Shown here: positions 25,712 through 36,820 of the stretch, piece after piece
Position numbering within the stretch: the first letter of the stretch is position 1
Layout: each line of letters begins with the position of its first letter
NCBI GenBank assembly: GCA_035518095.1
Contig: DATIXX010000035.1
Location: 30,430 to 94,429, forward strand
DNA: 64,000 nucleotides
From: Burkholderiales bacterium
Lineage (GTDB): Bacteria > Pseudomonadota > Gammaproteobacteria > Burkholderiales > JAHFRG01
Reading direction: 5' to 3'
Program-made: the position numbers and the translations under genes
Notes under the pieces: model-generated
Told to the model about the DNA's origin: nothing
Database searches by the model: none
What the model saw: the letters and a program-made list of their open reading frames with translations, nothing else

Positions 25712-28324
25712 TTAGATTAAACCAGCGTTCTTTTGGTTCGGAACTAAACGTAAATAAAAGAATCTTTTTACCCATTGCACCAGCAACAGATAGGCAGCCA
25801 CCATACCCCCCAATATCAAAAAGAACCAACCGGGAAGCTGGACAAAGCCAAAATAAGCGCCTATTGGGATGAAAGGGAGCACAGCGGCCAAAACAACAAC
25901 TGTAATCGAGCTCGCCGCCAGTAACGGGTGCGGGCGATTGGCGAAGGGACTTGCGCGCGTGCGGATCACGAAAATGACCAGGACCTGTGTCGCCAGGGAT
26001 TCGACAAACCAACCTGTCTGAAACAACGCCATGTCCGCGCGCATGATTTCCAGCAGCACGTAAAAGGTGAGAAAGTCAAACAGTGAGCTCACCGCGCCTA
26101 CGACCACCATGAAATTTCTGATGAATTTGGTATCCCAGTGGCGCGGCTTTTCGACTGCCTCGGCATCGACGCTATCCAGCGGAATCGCCACTTCCGAAAT
26201 ATCGTAAAGTATATTGTTAAGCAGTATCTGCGTCGGCAGCATCGGCAGGAAAGGCAGGAATAAGCTCGCTCCCGCCATGCTGAACATGTTGCCGAAATTT
26301 GAGCTCGTGCCCATCATGATGTACTTCATGATATTGGCGAATGTCCTGCGCCCTTCCTCGACACCGTCGTGCAATACGTTCAGATCGCGCTTTAGGAGGA
26401 TCATGTCGGCCGCATCCTTGGCCACATCCACGGCCGAGCTCACGGATAACCCGACATCGGCTGAATGCAGCGGCGGCGCGTCATTAATGCCATCGCCAAG
26501 ATAGCCCACAACATGGCCGCGCGCTCTCAAGGCCTGGATGATGCGGCTTTTTTCTCCAGGTGTCACCCGGCAAAAAAGATTCACGTATTCCACCGCTGCC
26601 TGCAGCGCGCTGTCGTCCATTGCAGCGATCTGCCCGCCCATCAACACTTCCGTTACCTTGATTCCAAGTTGCACGCACAGATGCTTTGTAACCTGCTCGT
26701 TGTCGCCAGTTATGATCTTGAGTTGCACGCGGCTTTGCGCCAGAGCTGCAAGTGCCGCGGCAGCGCTTTTTTTGGGCGGATCATAAAACGCAACAAAACC
26801 GGCGAAAACCAGTTGGCTTTCATCGTCACGTGTGGCACTTTCCCGATCGCGTGCAATCTCGCGCCAGGCGACAGCAACCGCTTTCAAGCCTTCTCCGCCA
26901 AGCGCGCCATATCGTGTTTGTATCGATTCAAGTGTGGCGGCATCAAGCTCGCGGATTGATCCTGCGCTTTCCTCATAGCGGGTCGACGTACGCATAACAT
27001 CTTCAGGAGCGCCTTTGACAACCAGGACCCGGCGCTCGCCGTTATCCAGCAAAACCGATACTCTGCGGCGCTCAAAGTCAAATGGAACTTCGTCAATCTT
27101 TTTCCACGTCGTCGTGTCAATATGCTGATGCTCCAGAATGGCGATGTCGAGCGGGTTCTTCAGCCCGCTCGCAAAATAGCTCGTCAAATAGGCGAGCTGC
27201 AGCGCCCTCGTACTTTCCTGGCCCATGGCGTCGAGGTGTTGCGCGACCCGGATGCGCGCTTCAGTGAGCGTGCCGGTCTTGTCGGTGCACAGAACATCCA
27301 TGCTGCCGAGGTTCTGGATCGACGCCAAACGTTTCACGATCACCTTTTTGTCCGCCATGCGGATCGCACCGCGGGAAAGCGTAACCGTCACCACCATGGG
27401 CAATAATTCCGGTGTAAGGCCGACGGCGAGTGCTATCGCGAACAGCAAGGACTCCAGCAATGGTCGGTGAAACAGCGCATTGACCAACAGCACAAATAAA
27501 ACCAGAAAAAAGGTAAGTCGCATGATCATCAGCCCGAAACGCCGCGTTCCAAGCTCAAAATCGGTGGGCGCTCTTCTGCGTCCGACATACTCGGCAATTT
27601 GCCCGATCGCGGTAGTACTGCCAGTTTTGCAAACCAGCATCTTCGCCGTGCCGCTGGTTACGGCGGTCCCCATAAAAAGCGCGTTTCCGGCACTCAGCAA
27701 ATCCGCATCAGCAGGAAGAGTGTCGAGCGGCCGTTTTTCGACCGGATAAGGTTCGCCGGTAAGTATCGACTGATTGACAAACAAATCTCGCGACTCGACG
27801 ACGCGCCCGTCCGCAGGGACTAGATTCCCTGCCGCCACCAGAACGACGTCGCCGGGCACGAGATGCTGTACTGGGACGGCGCGCGGGGTTGCATCGCGCA
27901 AAACCGTTGCATGTACTGCAACCATATCCCGCAGTCGCTCCGCTGCCCGCTCCGCGCGGTATTCCTGAATGAAATCCAGAGTAACGCTGAGAATGACTAT
28001 AATATTGATGATGGCGAAACCGGCAATTTCCTGGGTGAGCAACGAAACGCTGCTCGCCACCAGCAGGATAATAACCAGCGGGTTCTTGAAACGCGTCAGG
28101 AACTGAATAACGAGCGATCGCTTGGGGATGTCCTGAAACGAATTGGGCCCTGAAATGCGCAGTCGGCGGCGAGCTTCCTTGCCCGAAAGACCCTGGCGGC
28201 TCGCATCGAGTACAGTCAAACATTCGCTTAGCGGCTTGCGCCACCACGCGTCATCAACCGTGGTTGTAAGTCCTGAACTGCGGCTTCGCTGCCCGGATGC
28301 TGCAAAGAATCGGCGCCTGCTCAC
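25712..28324 (-). CDS. mgtA: magnesium-translocating P-type ATPase
   Basis: 870 aa. Contains LFVNQSILTGEPYPVEK, CTDKTGTLT and GDGINDAPPLHSADVGLSV. Collinear by eye with enterobacterial MgtA. Confidence 0.88.
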   Translation of the reverse strand: MSRRRFFAASGQRSRSSGLTTTVDDAWWRKPLSECLTVLDASRQGLSGKEARRRLRISGPNSFQDIPKRSLVIQFLTRFKNPLVIILLVASSVSLLTQEIAGFAIINIIVILSVTLDFIQEYRAERAAERLRDMVAVHATVLRDATPRAVPVQHLVPGDVVLVAAGNLVPADGRVVESRDLFVNQSILTGEPYPVEKRPLDTLPADADLLSAGNALFMGTAVTSGTAKMLVCKTGSTTAIGQIAEYVGRRRAPTDFELGTRRFGLMIMRLTFFLVLFVLLVNALFHRPLLESLLFAIALAVGLTPELLPMVVTVTLSRGAIRMADKKVIVKRLASIQNLGSMDVLCTDKTGTLTEARIRVAQHLDAMGQESTRALQLAYLTSYFASGLKNPLDIAILEHQHIDTTTWKKIDEVPFDFERRRVSVLLDNGERRVLVVKGAPEDVMRTSTRYEESAGSIRELDAATLESIQTRYGALGGEGLKAVAVAWREIARDRESATRDDESQLVFAGFVAFYDPPKKSAAAALAALAQSRVQLKIITGDNEQVTKHLCVQLGIKVTEVLMGGQIAAMDDSALQAAVEYVNLFCRVTPGEKSRIIQALRARGHVVGYLGDGINDAPPLHSADVGLSVSSAVDVAKDAADMILLKRDLNVLHDGVEEGRRTFANIMKYIMMGTSSNFGNMFSMAGASLFLPFLPMLPTQILLNNILYDISEVAIPLDSVDAEAVEKPRHWDTKFIRNFMVVVGAVSSLFDFLTFYVLLEIMRADMALFQTGWFVESLATQVLVIFVIRTRASPFANRPHPLLAASSITVVVLAAVLPFIPIGAYFGFVQLPGWFFLILGGMVAAYLLLVQWVKRFFYLRLVPNQKNAGLI

Positions 28325-28558
28325 GTTGCCGCTTACTCGTGCGGTATATTTCGCGACATCTTAACTCTCCACCGTTTCGCGATTTGAGGACTTACTTTTT
28401 TACCTATATCAAGAACGGTGAAGACCCGATAAAATATCTTTTTCCGATTCTCCCAGGTTTTCCCCGGAACGTTTATGATTTCGTGCGGGGGCGATAGCCC
28501 GCCCGGTAGATCCGCGTATTTCATTAAGTCAGGGTTAATGACTTAAGCAGCCAAACCT

Positions 28559-31237
28559 ATGAGACACTATCTCACCCCTTTGTTTGCGCCGCAAAGTGTG
28601 GCGCTAATCGGAGCCAGCGACAGGGCGCGATCCGTGGGCCGCCTGGTGTTCATGAACCTCCTACAAGGCAAATTCAAAGGCAAATTGTTTGCGGTAAATC
28701 CCGAGCACCAGGAAATACTCGGGCAGCGTTCGTATCCGACCATCCAGGCCATAGGCGAGCACGTGGAGCTTGCCGTGATTGTAACACCGCCTGCCGCGGT
28801 AGCACCCGTAATCGATTCCTGCGGGGCTGCCGGAGTGAAAGCCGCAGTCATCATTACCGCGGGATTTGCAGAAGCAGGTGAGGAAGGGCGGAAATTGCAA
28901 CGCGAGATGATGGAGCGTGCAAAAAAACACGGCATCCGCATTGTCGGCCCCAATTGCCTCGGGATCATCAGACCTTCAATCGGGCTTAATGCGACGTTCA
29001 GCAAGAGTGGAGCCAAGATCGGCAAACTTGCTCTGGTTTCGCAATCCGGGGCACTGTGTACTGCCATTCTCGACTGGGCCCAGTCCGCCGGGGTGGGATT
29101 TTCAACCGTGGTATCAATGGGCGACGCTGCAGATCTCGACTTCGGCGAGATTCTGGATTACCTGCTTGGCGACCTCGAGACAAACAGCATATTGCTCTAC
29201 ATTGAAGGCGTGCGCGATGCTCGGCGTTTCATGAGCGCGCTCCGGGCCGCAGCGCGCACCAAGCCGGTGGTGGTGATCAAAGCCGGAACGCATTTAAGCG
29301 GTTCGAAGGCCGCTGCCACCCATACCGGAGCGCTGGTCGGAAGCGACATGGTGTTTGATGCCGCGCTGCGTAGAGCGGGCACGGTGCGGGTCAAAACATA
29401 TGCTCAGCTGTTTGCTGCTGCAGAAATATTGGCATCCGGAAGCCGACCGAAAGGAAATCGTCTTGCTATTGTCACCAATGGCGGCGGTCCCGGTGTGCTC
29501 GCGGCAGATTGTGCCGCGGAAAACGGAATCGTAATGGCCAACCTGTCCCAGGAATCGATCGAGAAGCTCAATAGCGCGCTGCCGGCAAATTGGTCCCACA
29601 GGAACCCGGTAGATATTATCGGAGACGCGAATGTCGCGCGCTACGAAGCCGCAGTCAGCATCTGCCTGCAAGACCCCGAAGTTGACAGCGTGCTTGCCAT
29701 GCTGAGCCCGCAAGCCATGACCGATGCCGACTCCGTGGCACAAGGCGTGATCCGACTCTCCAAGCAAACGGACAAGACGCTTCTTGCCTGTTGGATGGGC
29801 GAGGAGGTGGTGCGATCCAGTCGCACAGCTTTTGTACGTGAAAATGTACCGACTTTTTCCACGCCGGAAAATGCGGTTGAAGCATTTGGCTATCTCGCCG
29901 CCCACCGTCGCAACCAAGAGCTGCTACTTCAAGCGCCCAGTCCGCTGTCGCAGCAACAGGCGCCGGATGTTGAGGGCGCGCAAACTCTGATCGACGGAGT
30001 GCTGGCGCAAAAGAGGAAGGTTCTCAATGAAGCCGAGGCCAAGGCCCTGCTCGCCGCGTTCCGTATTCCCGTGGCGGAAACGCTGATTGCGCGCTCCCCT
30101 GCCGATGCCCTGGTGCTTGCCGAACAAATCGGTTTCCCGGTGGCTGCGAAAATCTATTCGCCGGATATAGTTCACAAGACCGACGTCGGCGGAGTCCGAC
30201 TGCACATCATCAACGGCAGGGACCTGCTGGCTGCCTATCAGGACCTTATTGCCCAGGTCAGCAAGCTTCGCCCGCAAGCCCGCATCGAGGGCGTTGCGAT
30301 CGAACCGATGTTAAGCAAACCAAACGCCCGGGAAGTAATGATCGGGGTCAGCACCGATGCGGTTTTCGGGCCGGTAATCAGCTTTGGTGCCGGGGGCATC
30401 AAAGTGGAAATCGAACAGGACCAGTCGATCGCGCTGCCCCCTCTCAATCATTACATTATCGATAATCTCGTCAGCCGCACCCGGATCGCAAAGATGCTCG
30501 GGAAATTCCGGAATCTGCCCGAGGTCAACCGGGTTGCTCTGGAAAATGTGTTATTGCGTGTTTCTGAAATGGTCTGCGAGCTACCGGGCCTCAAGGAAAT
30601 GGATATCAATCCGCTGATCGTTGATGAGACAGGTGCGATAGTCGCGGATGCAAGAGTCGTGGTAGACCATCCGCTGCGAACCAAGGGCGGGCGGTATTCC
30701 CATATGGCCATTCATCCCTACCCGTCCTATCTCAAGAAGGAATGGTTTTTGCCCGATGCAACGTGTATCACCATCCGGCCCATACGCCCCGAAGACGCGG
30801 AGATCGAGCAGCAGTTTGTGCGCGGACTGTCATCTGAGGCGAGATACTTCCGGTTTTTCAACCCGATTCGCGAATTATCACCCGAGTTCCTGGCGCGTCT
30901 GACACAGGTTGACTACGACAGGGAAATGGCGCTGATTGCCACCGTTGCAACAGTCGGCGGAGAAACTGAAATTGGCGTGGCACGCTATAGCATCAACCCG
31001 GACGGCAGTACTTGTGAATTTGCCGTCGTCGTCGCCGACGATTGGCAGCGAAAAGGCATAGGTGCAAGGCTTGTCTCCGAACTTGCGGATTGCATTCGCG
31101 ACAAAGGCATCAAGCTGATTGAAGGTTGGGTTCTTAAACAAAATATTGGAATGCTGCAGCTGGCAAAAGAGATGGGCTTCGACATAGCCACAAGTTCCGA
31201 TGATCCGAAACTGATGTATGTAAGCAAGCAGCTTTAG
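28559..31237 (+). CDS. Pat/YfiQ-type protein acetyltransferase (ADP-forming acyl-CoA synthetase-like domains + C-terminal GNAT)
   Basis: 892 aa. CoA-binding N-terminus (SVALIGASDR...), ligase-CoA and ATP-grasp regions, and a C-terminal GNAT (WQRKGIGARLV). Confidence 0.85.
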   Translation: MRHYLTPLFAPQSVALIGASDRARSVGRLVFMNLLQGKFKGKLFAVNPEHQEILGQRSYPTIQAIGEHVELAVIVTPPAAVAPVIDSCGAAGVKAAVIITAGFAEAGEEGRKLQREMMERAKKHGIRIVGPNCLGIIRPSIGLNATFSKSGAKIGKLALVSQSGALCTAILDWAQSAGVGFSTVVSMGDAADLDFGEILDYLLGDLETNSILLYIEGVRDARRFMSALRAAARTKPVVVIKAGTHLSGSKAAATHTGALVGSDMVFDAALRRAGTVRVKTYAQLFAAAEILASGSRPKGNRLAIVTNGGGPGVLAADCAAENGIVMANLSQESIEKLNSALPANWSHRNPVDIIGDANVARYEAAVSICLQDPEVDSVLAMLSPQAMTDADSVAQGVIRLSKQTDKTLLACWMGEEVVRSSRTAFVRENVPTFSTPENAVEAFGYLAAHRRNQELLLQAPSPLSQQQAPDVEGAQTLIDGVLAQKRKVLNEAEAKALLAAFRIPVAETLIARSPADALVLAEQIGFPVAAKIYSPDIVHKTDVGGVRLHIINGRDLLAAYQDLIAQVSKLRPQARIEGVAIEPMLSKPNAREVMIGVSTDAVFGPVISFGAGGIKVEIEQDQSIALPPLNHYIIDNLVSRTRIAKMLGKFRNLPEVNRVALENVLLRVSEMVCELPGLKEMDINPLIVDETGAIVADARVVVDHPLRTKGGRYSHMAIHPYPSYLKKEWFLPDATCITIRPIRPEDAEIEQQFVRGLSSEARYFRFFNPIRELSPEFLARLTQVDYDREMALIATVATVGGETEIGVARYSINPDGSTCEFAVVVADDWQRKGIGARLVSELADCIRDKGIKLIEGWVLKQNIGMLQLAKEMGFDIATSSDDPKLMYVSKQL

Positions 31238-31274
31238 CGGCGGCTGTGAAGCGCGGCGCAGGCGTGCATTGCAA

Positions 31275-32654
31275 TTATATCAGCCTGGAATAGCGACGGT
31301 GCTCCAGGTCGGTACGCAGGTATTTGTCAAACACCATGCAGATATCGCGGATTGCGAATCGGCCGCGCTGTGTTACATTAATCCAACGTTCCTCCAGCGC
31401 GAGCAATCCGCGCCACTCCAATCCCTCAAGCTCTTGCAGCTCCGGTGCAAAGTAATTGTCGAAATCGACCACGTGGGCCTTTTCAATAGCATCCTTGGAA
31501 AGCGCGACGTGGCACATCAGAATCTGGATCACTGCGCGCCGCACCAGATCGTCTGCTGTCAGCTCAATGCCGCGCATAATCGGCAGCTGCCCGCGATCAA
31601 GACAGTCGTAATAATCCTTCAGTTCCCTGAAGTTCTGGCAATAGGTGGGACCGATTTTACCGATGGCGGATACCCCGAGCGCCACCATGTCGCAATCGGC
31701 GTAAGTGGAATAACCCTGGAAATTGCGGTGCAAACGGCCCTGGCGTTGCGCTTGCGTCAGTTCATCATCCGGCCTGGCAAAATGGTCCATGCCAATGTAA
31801 ACATAACCCGCCTCGGTCATGCGCTCGATAGCCAGGCCAAGGAGCCGCAATTTGGTCTCCGTATCGGGAAGCGCGGCTTCATTGATCCGGCGTTGTGCCT
31901 TGAATCGGTTGGGGAGATGCGCGTAGCTGTAGATTGATACTCTATCGGGATTCATTGCGATCACGCTTTCAAGCGTGCCGTCAAAACCCTCAATGTTTTG
32001 GTGCGGCAAGCCGTATATCAGATCGATGCTTACCGACTTGAACCCCTCGCCGCGCGCGCCATCGATTACGCGCATGGTTTCTTCCTTTGTCTGTACCCGG
32101 TTTACCGCTCGTTGCACGACCGGGTCGAAGTCCTGTACGCCGATGCTCGCCCGGTTGAAACCCAGTTGGGCAAGAACCGCCATCGTCTCCTCGTCTGCAG
32201 TGCGCGGATCGATTTCCACCGAATATTCGCCTTCCGGTGCCAGACGAAAATGGCTGCGGATCGCCGCCATCAGCTGGCGGACTTCTTCATGGTTGAGAAA
32301 AGTGGGCGTGCCGCCGCCCCAATGCAGTTGCACTACATCCGGGTCGTCGCGGAACAATTCGCCCTGCAGGGCGATTTCGCGAAGCAGATAGCGCAGGTAG
32401 TTCACGACTTTGCCGCGGTCGCGGGTCACGATCTTATTGCAGGCACAATAAAAGCAAGGGCTGCTGCAAAACGGAATGTGCACATAAAGTGAAAGTGGAC
32501 GAGTAATGCCGCCGATGTTGCGTTTCGCCGTCCAGACCCGGTAGGCATCGGGCCCGAACGCTTCTAGAAATCGGTCGGCGGTGGGGTACGACGTATAGCG
32601 CGGGCCGCTGCGCTCCAGCCGCCGCAATAAACCCGCATCCACAGAATCATTCAT
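31275..32654 (-). CDS. hemN: oxygen-independent coproporphyrinogen III oxidase
   Basis: Start trimmed to MNDSVDAGLLRRLERSGPRYTSYPTADRF at 32654. Has the radical-SAM motif CSSPCFYCAC. The longer ORF-track start would leave only 16 nt to the FNR box. Confidence 0.92.
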   Translation of the reverse strand: MNDSVDAGLLRRLERSGPRYTSYPTADRFLEAFGPDAYRVWTAKRNIGGITRPLSLYVHIPFCSSPCFYCACNKIVTRDRGKVVNYLRYLLREIALQGELFRDDPDVVQLHWGGGTPTFLNHEEVRQLMAAIRSHFRLAPEGEYSVEIDPRTADEETMAVLAQLGFNRASIGVQDFDPVVQRAVNRVQTKEETMRVIDGARGEGFKSVSIDLIYGLPHQNIEGFDGTLESVIAMNPDRVSIYSYAHLPNRFKAQRRINEAALPDTETKLRLLGLAIERMTEAGYVYIGMDHFARPDDELTQAQRQGRLHRNFQGYSTYADCDMVALGVSAIGKIGPTYCQNFRELKDYYDCLDRGQLPIMRGIELTADDLVRRAVIQILMCHVALSKDAIEKAHVVDFDNYFAPELQELEGLEWRGLLALEERWINVTQRGRFAIRDICMVFDKYLRTDLEHRRYSRLI

Positions 32655-32777
32655 TTCATTTCCGCAAGTCGGTACAATCAATTCTGGCCAATATGCCGGA
32701 AATTCGAATTTAGCAAATTGACCCACGTCAAGTTTGGCGCAATCACTTGAAGTAACCCGCAATTGGTCTGCTGCCAG

Positions 32778-32791
32778 TTGATCTAAATCAA
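32778..32791. promoter_or_regulatory. FNR/Anr box, perfect consensus
   Basis: TTGATCTAAATCAA lies in the hemN/copA divergent region, 124 nt from the hemN ATG. Confidence 0.8.
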
Positions 32792-32959
32792 CCTGACGCT
32801 CTTCAGGTTGAGCTATGTTTAATCAATTCTCATTTGCACGGCTGCTGAGACGGGACCGGTAAGCTAATTCCCAACGTGAATTCGGGCCCAGGCCTATAGA
32901 TTGCAAAAACAGTCTAGCAACGTGTACGCTTTATCCAAGTCACTTGACTTGCAAATTCA

Positions 32960-35347
32960 ATGATGGGCGCCATGAGGAACAATCATGCAAGCCGCGATAG
33001 CGGGCGGCATTCGGGGCACAATCACGGACATTCTGGCGCGTGTGCCGCAACGGCTCTCGATCCGGTATGCGGGATGACGGTCGACATCGCCGCGGCAAAG
33101 CATATGCATTCCTACGCCGGCCGAACCTGGTATTTCTGCAGCCGGCACTGTCTAGAAAAATTCGCGACCGCTCCGAAGGGGTTCGCAGAAAATAAACAAA
33201 CTTCAGCAGTTCCGCCGGAGCCTGCGCATGGCGCGATATACACGTGTCCGATGCATTCGCAAATCCGGCAAGCCGGACCCGGGGTCTGCCCATTGTGCGG
33301 CATGGCGCTGGAACCCGTCGTAGCGAGTGCTGAGGAACATCCCAATGCCGAGCTTAAGGACATGACGCGGCGTTTCTGGATCGGACTTTTATTAACACTC
33401 CCGGTATTTTTTCTTGCGATGGCCGAGCATCTTCTTGGGCCGCGATTCGAACGATTCCTGAGCTCCGCAGTATCCGGGTGGATTCAGTTCCTGTTCAGCA
33501 TTCCGGTCGTGCTCTGGGCGGCGTGGCCGTTCTTTGTACGCGGATGGAATTCTCTCGTTTCGCGCAACCTGAATATGTACACGTTGATCGCGCTGGGCGT
33601 CGGAGTTGCGTTTGCGTACAGTACCGTCGCGATACTCGTGCCCGGGCTGTTCCCTGCGGCTTTTCGCGACGCTTCCGGACAGGTAAGTCTTTATTTCGAG
33701 GCGCCGGCAGTCATCGCGGTGCTGGTCCTTCTCGGCGAAGTGCTGCAGCTGCGCGCGCGTGAGCAAACCAGCAGCGCAATCCGCGCACTGCTCAAGCTCG
33801 CGCCGCGATCGGCTATACGAATTCGAACCGATGGTAACGATGAGGAAGTGACGCTGGAACAGGTTCACAAAGGCGACAGCTTGCGCGTTCGCCCCGGAGA
33901 GAAAGTGCCGGTTGACGGCGTCGTCCTCGAAGGGCACAGCAGTGTCGACGAATCGTTCGTGACCGGCGAGTCCGTGCCCGTAGAAAAGCAGCCGGGGGAA
34001 AAAGTGACCGGCGGCACCGTCAATGGAACCGGAAGCTTTGTTATGCGGGCGGAACGTGTAGGTGCAGAGATGCTGCTCTCGCAAATCGTGCATATGGTTG
34101 CCGAGGCGCAGCGTACCCGCGCCCCTATCCAAAAGCTAGCTGATGTCGTGTCGTCCTATTTCGTTCCCGCAGTGGTGGGCATCGCCGCAGTGGCGTTCCT
34201 GCTTTGGTCGGTGTACGGACCGCCGCCGGCAATGAGTTTTGCTCTGGTAAGCGCCGTGTCGGTCCTGATTATCGCCTGCCCGTGCGCGCTTGGCCTGGCC
34301 ACGCCGATGTCCATCATGGTCAGCACCGGGCGCGGCGCCCAGATGGGCGTGCTTATACGCAACGCGGAAGCGCTGGAGCGCATGGAGAAAATCGACACGC
34401 TGGTCGTGGACAAGACCGGCACGTTGACTGAAGGGAAGCCGAGGCTGACCTCGGTGGTTGCGGCAGACGGCTTTACGGAAGATCAGGTGCTGCAAGTCGC
34501 ATCGAGCCTCGAACGCGGCAGCGAACATCCGCTCGCCACCGCGATTCTAACGGGTGCAAAGGAACGAAACGTGACGCCGTCGGCAGTCGAGAACTTCACG
34601 GCTGTGTTTGGACAGGGCGTCAAGGCAATTTTCCAGGGCAGGCGCGTTGCCCTGGGTAATCTGCGCTTCGCCCAATCCCTGGCCCAGATCTCGCAAAGCT
34701 TGCAGGCTAAAGCCGACTCAATGCGCCGCGGCGGCGAGACTGTCGTGTTCCTGGTAAACGAATCGCATGTTGCCGGCGTGATCGGTGTGGCTGACCCGAT
34801 TAAAGCGTCTGCTCGGGAAGCGCTGCGGGCGCTTGCTACCGAGGGAATTAAAGTCGTCATGCTGACGGGGGATAATGAAATTACTGCGCGCGCGGTGGCG
34901 CAGCGCCTGGGAATCATGGACGTCCGGGCCGACGTCCCGCCGCGGGAAAAAGGCCTGGTGGTGAAGGCGCTGCGCAAGCAAGGTCGCGCAGTGGCGATGG
35001 CGGGCGACGGCGTAAACGATGCGCCCGCTCTCGCCGAGGCTGAAGTGGGGATCGCAATGGGCACCGGCGCCGAGGTGGCGATCCAGAGCGCAGGCATTAC
35101 TCTGGTGAAAGGTGATTTAGGCGGCATCGTGCGCGCGCGGCGCCTTTCCCGCGCAACCATGCGCAACATCCGCCAAAATTTGTTCCTCGCCTTTGTCTAC
35201 AACAGCATCGGGGTGCCAATCGCCGCCGGCGTCCTGTTTCCCTTTACCGGCTTATTGCTGAACCCGATGATCGCCGCTGCGGCAATGAGCGCAAGCTCGG
35301 TCTCGGTCGTTCTCAACGCGCTTCGGCTGCGCACGGCGAAGATTTAG
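32960..35347 (+). CDS. copA: copper(I)-translocating P1B-type ATPase with YHS/TRASH-type N-terminal metal domains
   Basis: 795 aa. His-rich N-terminus, DPVCGMTVD (YHS/TRASH-like), CPMH...CPLCGM, TM CPC motif ([12 protein letters not shown]), DKTGTLT, SEHPLA and [10 protein letters not shown]. Confidence 0.88.
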   Translation: MMGAMRNNHASRDSGRHSGHNHGHSGACAATALDPVCGMTVDIAAAKHMHSYAGRTWYFCSRHCLEKFATAPKGFAENKQTSAVPPEPAHGAIYTCPMHSQIRQAGPGVCPLCGMALEPVVASAEEHPNAELKDMTRRFWIGLLLTLPVFFLAMAEHLLGPRFERFLSSAVSGWIQFLFSIPVVLWAAWPFFVRGWNSLVSRNLNMYTLIALGVGVAFAYSTVAILVPGLFPAAFRDASGQVSLYFEAPAVIAVLVLLGEVLQLRAREQTSSAIRALLKLAPRSAIRIRTDGNDEEVTLEQVHKGDSLRVRPGEKVPVDGVVLEGHSSVDESFVTGESVPVEKQPGEKVTGGTVNGTGSFVMRAERVGAEMLLSQIVHMVAEAQRTRAPIQKLADVVSSYFVPAVVGIAAVAFLLWSVYGPPPAMSFALVSAVSVLIIACPCALGLATPMSIMVSTGRGAQMGVLIRNAEALERMEKIDTLVVDKTGTLTEGKPRLTSVVAADGFTEDQVLQVASSLERGSEHPLATAILTGAKERNVTPSAVENFTAVFGQGVKAIFQGRRVALGNLRFAQSLAQISQSLQAKADSMRRGGETVVFLVNESHVAGVIGVADPIKASAREALRALATEGIKVVMLTGDNEITARAVAQRLGIMDVRADVPPREKGLVVKALRKQGRAVAMAGDGVNDAPALAEAEVGIAMGTGAEVAIQSAGITLVKGDLGGIVRARRLSRATMRNIRQNLFLAFVYNSIGVPIAAGVLFPFTGLLLNPMIAAAAMSASSVSVVLNALRLRTAKI

Positions 35348-35358
35348 CACGCATCACC

Positions 35359-36750
35359 TTGTCAACAGCGCGCCGGTTGCGGGATGCAAACTTGGGAATC
35401 CAGTTTCTTGGAGCCACTGGAACGGTAACCGGCTCGAAATACCTCCTGAGCCGCGGTTCCAAACGCTACCTGATTGATTGCGGATTATTCCAGGGCTACA
35501 AACAATTGCGGCTGAGAAACTGGGACCCGCTGCCCGTCGATCCAAGAGTAATCAACGCGGTGGTCCTCACCCATGCACATATTGATCACAGCGGTTATCT
35601 GCCGCTGCTCGCCAAAAACGGCTTCAGCGGCAAGATTTACTGCACCCATGCCACCCGCGAGCTGTGCGCGATTTTGCTCCCCGACAGCGGACATTTGCAT
35701 GAGGAAGAAGCCGAGTACGCAAATCGCCACGGGTTTTCCAAACACAAACCTGCATTGCCCCTCTACACAAAGGACGATGCCTGGCGTTGCCTGCAGCTTT
35801 TCGCGCCGCTTGATTTCGACTTGGAATGGCTTCTTGACGAAGAATTAAAGGTGCGATTTATTCCTTCAGGGCATATTCTCGGTTCAGCGTTCATATCCAT
35901 TCGCAGCCCGGAAACTTCGATTCTGTTTTCCGGCGATATCGGGCGTCCGAACGACATCGTGATGCGTCCGCCCAAACTGATCGAAGCCGCTGACTATTTG
36001 GTCGTTGAATCTACCTACGGCGATCGTCGGCATGATCCAGCCGATCCGCGGCTGAAGCTCGCCGAGATTATCAATCGTACAGCGGGACGCGGCGGGGTTG
36101 TCATTATTCCCGCATTTGCGGTGGGCCGTGCCCAAACCCTTCTTTATTACATCAACCTGTTGAAAACCGAAAAATCAATACCCGACCTTCCCGTATTTCT
36201 CAACAGCCCGATGGCAGTCGACGTGACCCAGTTGTTTCGCAACCATCTCGGCGAACATAGGTTGACTCCCGAACAGTGCGATGCAATGTGCACGACCGCC
36301 CACATCGTCAACAGTGCGGAGGAATCCAAGAGTCTCAATGACAAGCGCGGACCCATGATCATCATCGCAGCAAGCGGCATGGCTACGGGCGGCCGGGTCG
36401 TGCATCACCTGAAATCATTTGCTCCTGACCCGCGCAATACCATTCTTTTCTCCGGCTTCCAGGCAGGCGGCACACGCGGCGCGGCTATTCTTGCCGGGGC
36501 CGAGTCAGTGAAAATCCACGGCGCGTATGTACCAATACGCGCCGAGGTAGCACTAATCAACAACCTATCTGCGCATGCCGATTGTTTGGAGATTATGGCT
36601 TGGTTGAAAGGCTTCAGTAATCCTCCCAAACGCACTTTTGTGACACACGGCGAACCCGCAGCGGCGGACGCCCTGCGCCATCGGATCGAGGAAGGGCTCG
36701 GTTGGAGCTGCCGTGTTCCGGATTATCTCGAAGCGGATCTGCTTGCTTGA
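35359..36750 (+). CDS. MBL-fold beta-CASP family hydrolase (RNA-metabolising type)
   Basis: 463 aa. Contains VLTHAHIDHSGYLP, beta-CASP-like motifs and a C-terminal HGEP. Starts 11 nt after copA. Confidence 0.75.
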   Translation: MSTARRLRDANLGIQFLGATGTVTGSKYLLSRGSKRYLIDCGLFQGYKQLRLRNWDPLPVDPRVINAVVLTHAHIDHSGYLPLLAKNGFSGKIYCTHATRELCAILLPDSGHLHEEEAEYANRHGFSKHKPALPLYTKDDAWRCLQLFAPLDFDLEWLLDEELKVRFIPSGHILGSAFISIRSPETSILFSGDIGRPNDIVMRPPKLIEAADYLVVESTYGDRRHDPADPRLKLAEIINRTAGRGGVVIIPAFAVGRAQTLLYYINLLKTEKSIPDLPVFLNSPMAVDVTQLFRNHLGEHRLTPEQCDAMCTTAHIVNSAEESKSLNDKRGPMIIIAASGMATGGRVVHHLKSFAPDPRNTILFSGFQAGGTRGAAILAGAESVKIHGAYVPIRAEVALINNLSAHADCLEIMAWLKGFSNPPKRTFVTHGEPAAADALRHRIEEGLGWSCRVPDYLEADLLA

Positions 36751-36820
36751 TCGAGCGGCGCTCCCGAAAAGCAGATGGTAGGAATCACCAGCCGCTACTC
36801 TTCGGTTTTCACGGCTTAAG

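Noticed and set aside
28333-28524. 63-aa minus-strand ORF upstream of mgtA as a possible Pro-codon leader peptide (mgtL-like)
   Set aside because: It is far longer than known leader peptides, has no RBS, and spans most of the divergent promoter region. It is most likely spurious.
33392-35169. Antisense ORFs within copA (33392..34132, 34136..34528, 34483..35169)
   Set aside because: They are GC-rich reverse-frame artefacts, and copA is collinear and complete on the plus strand.
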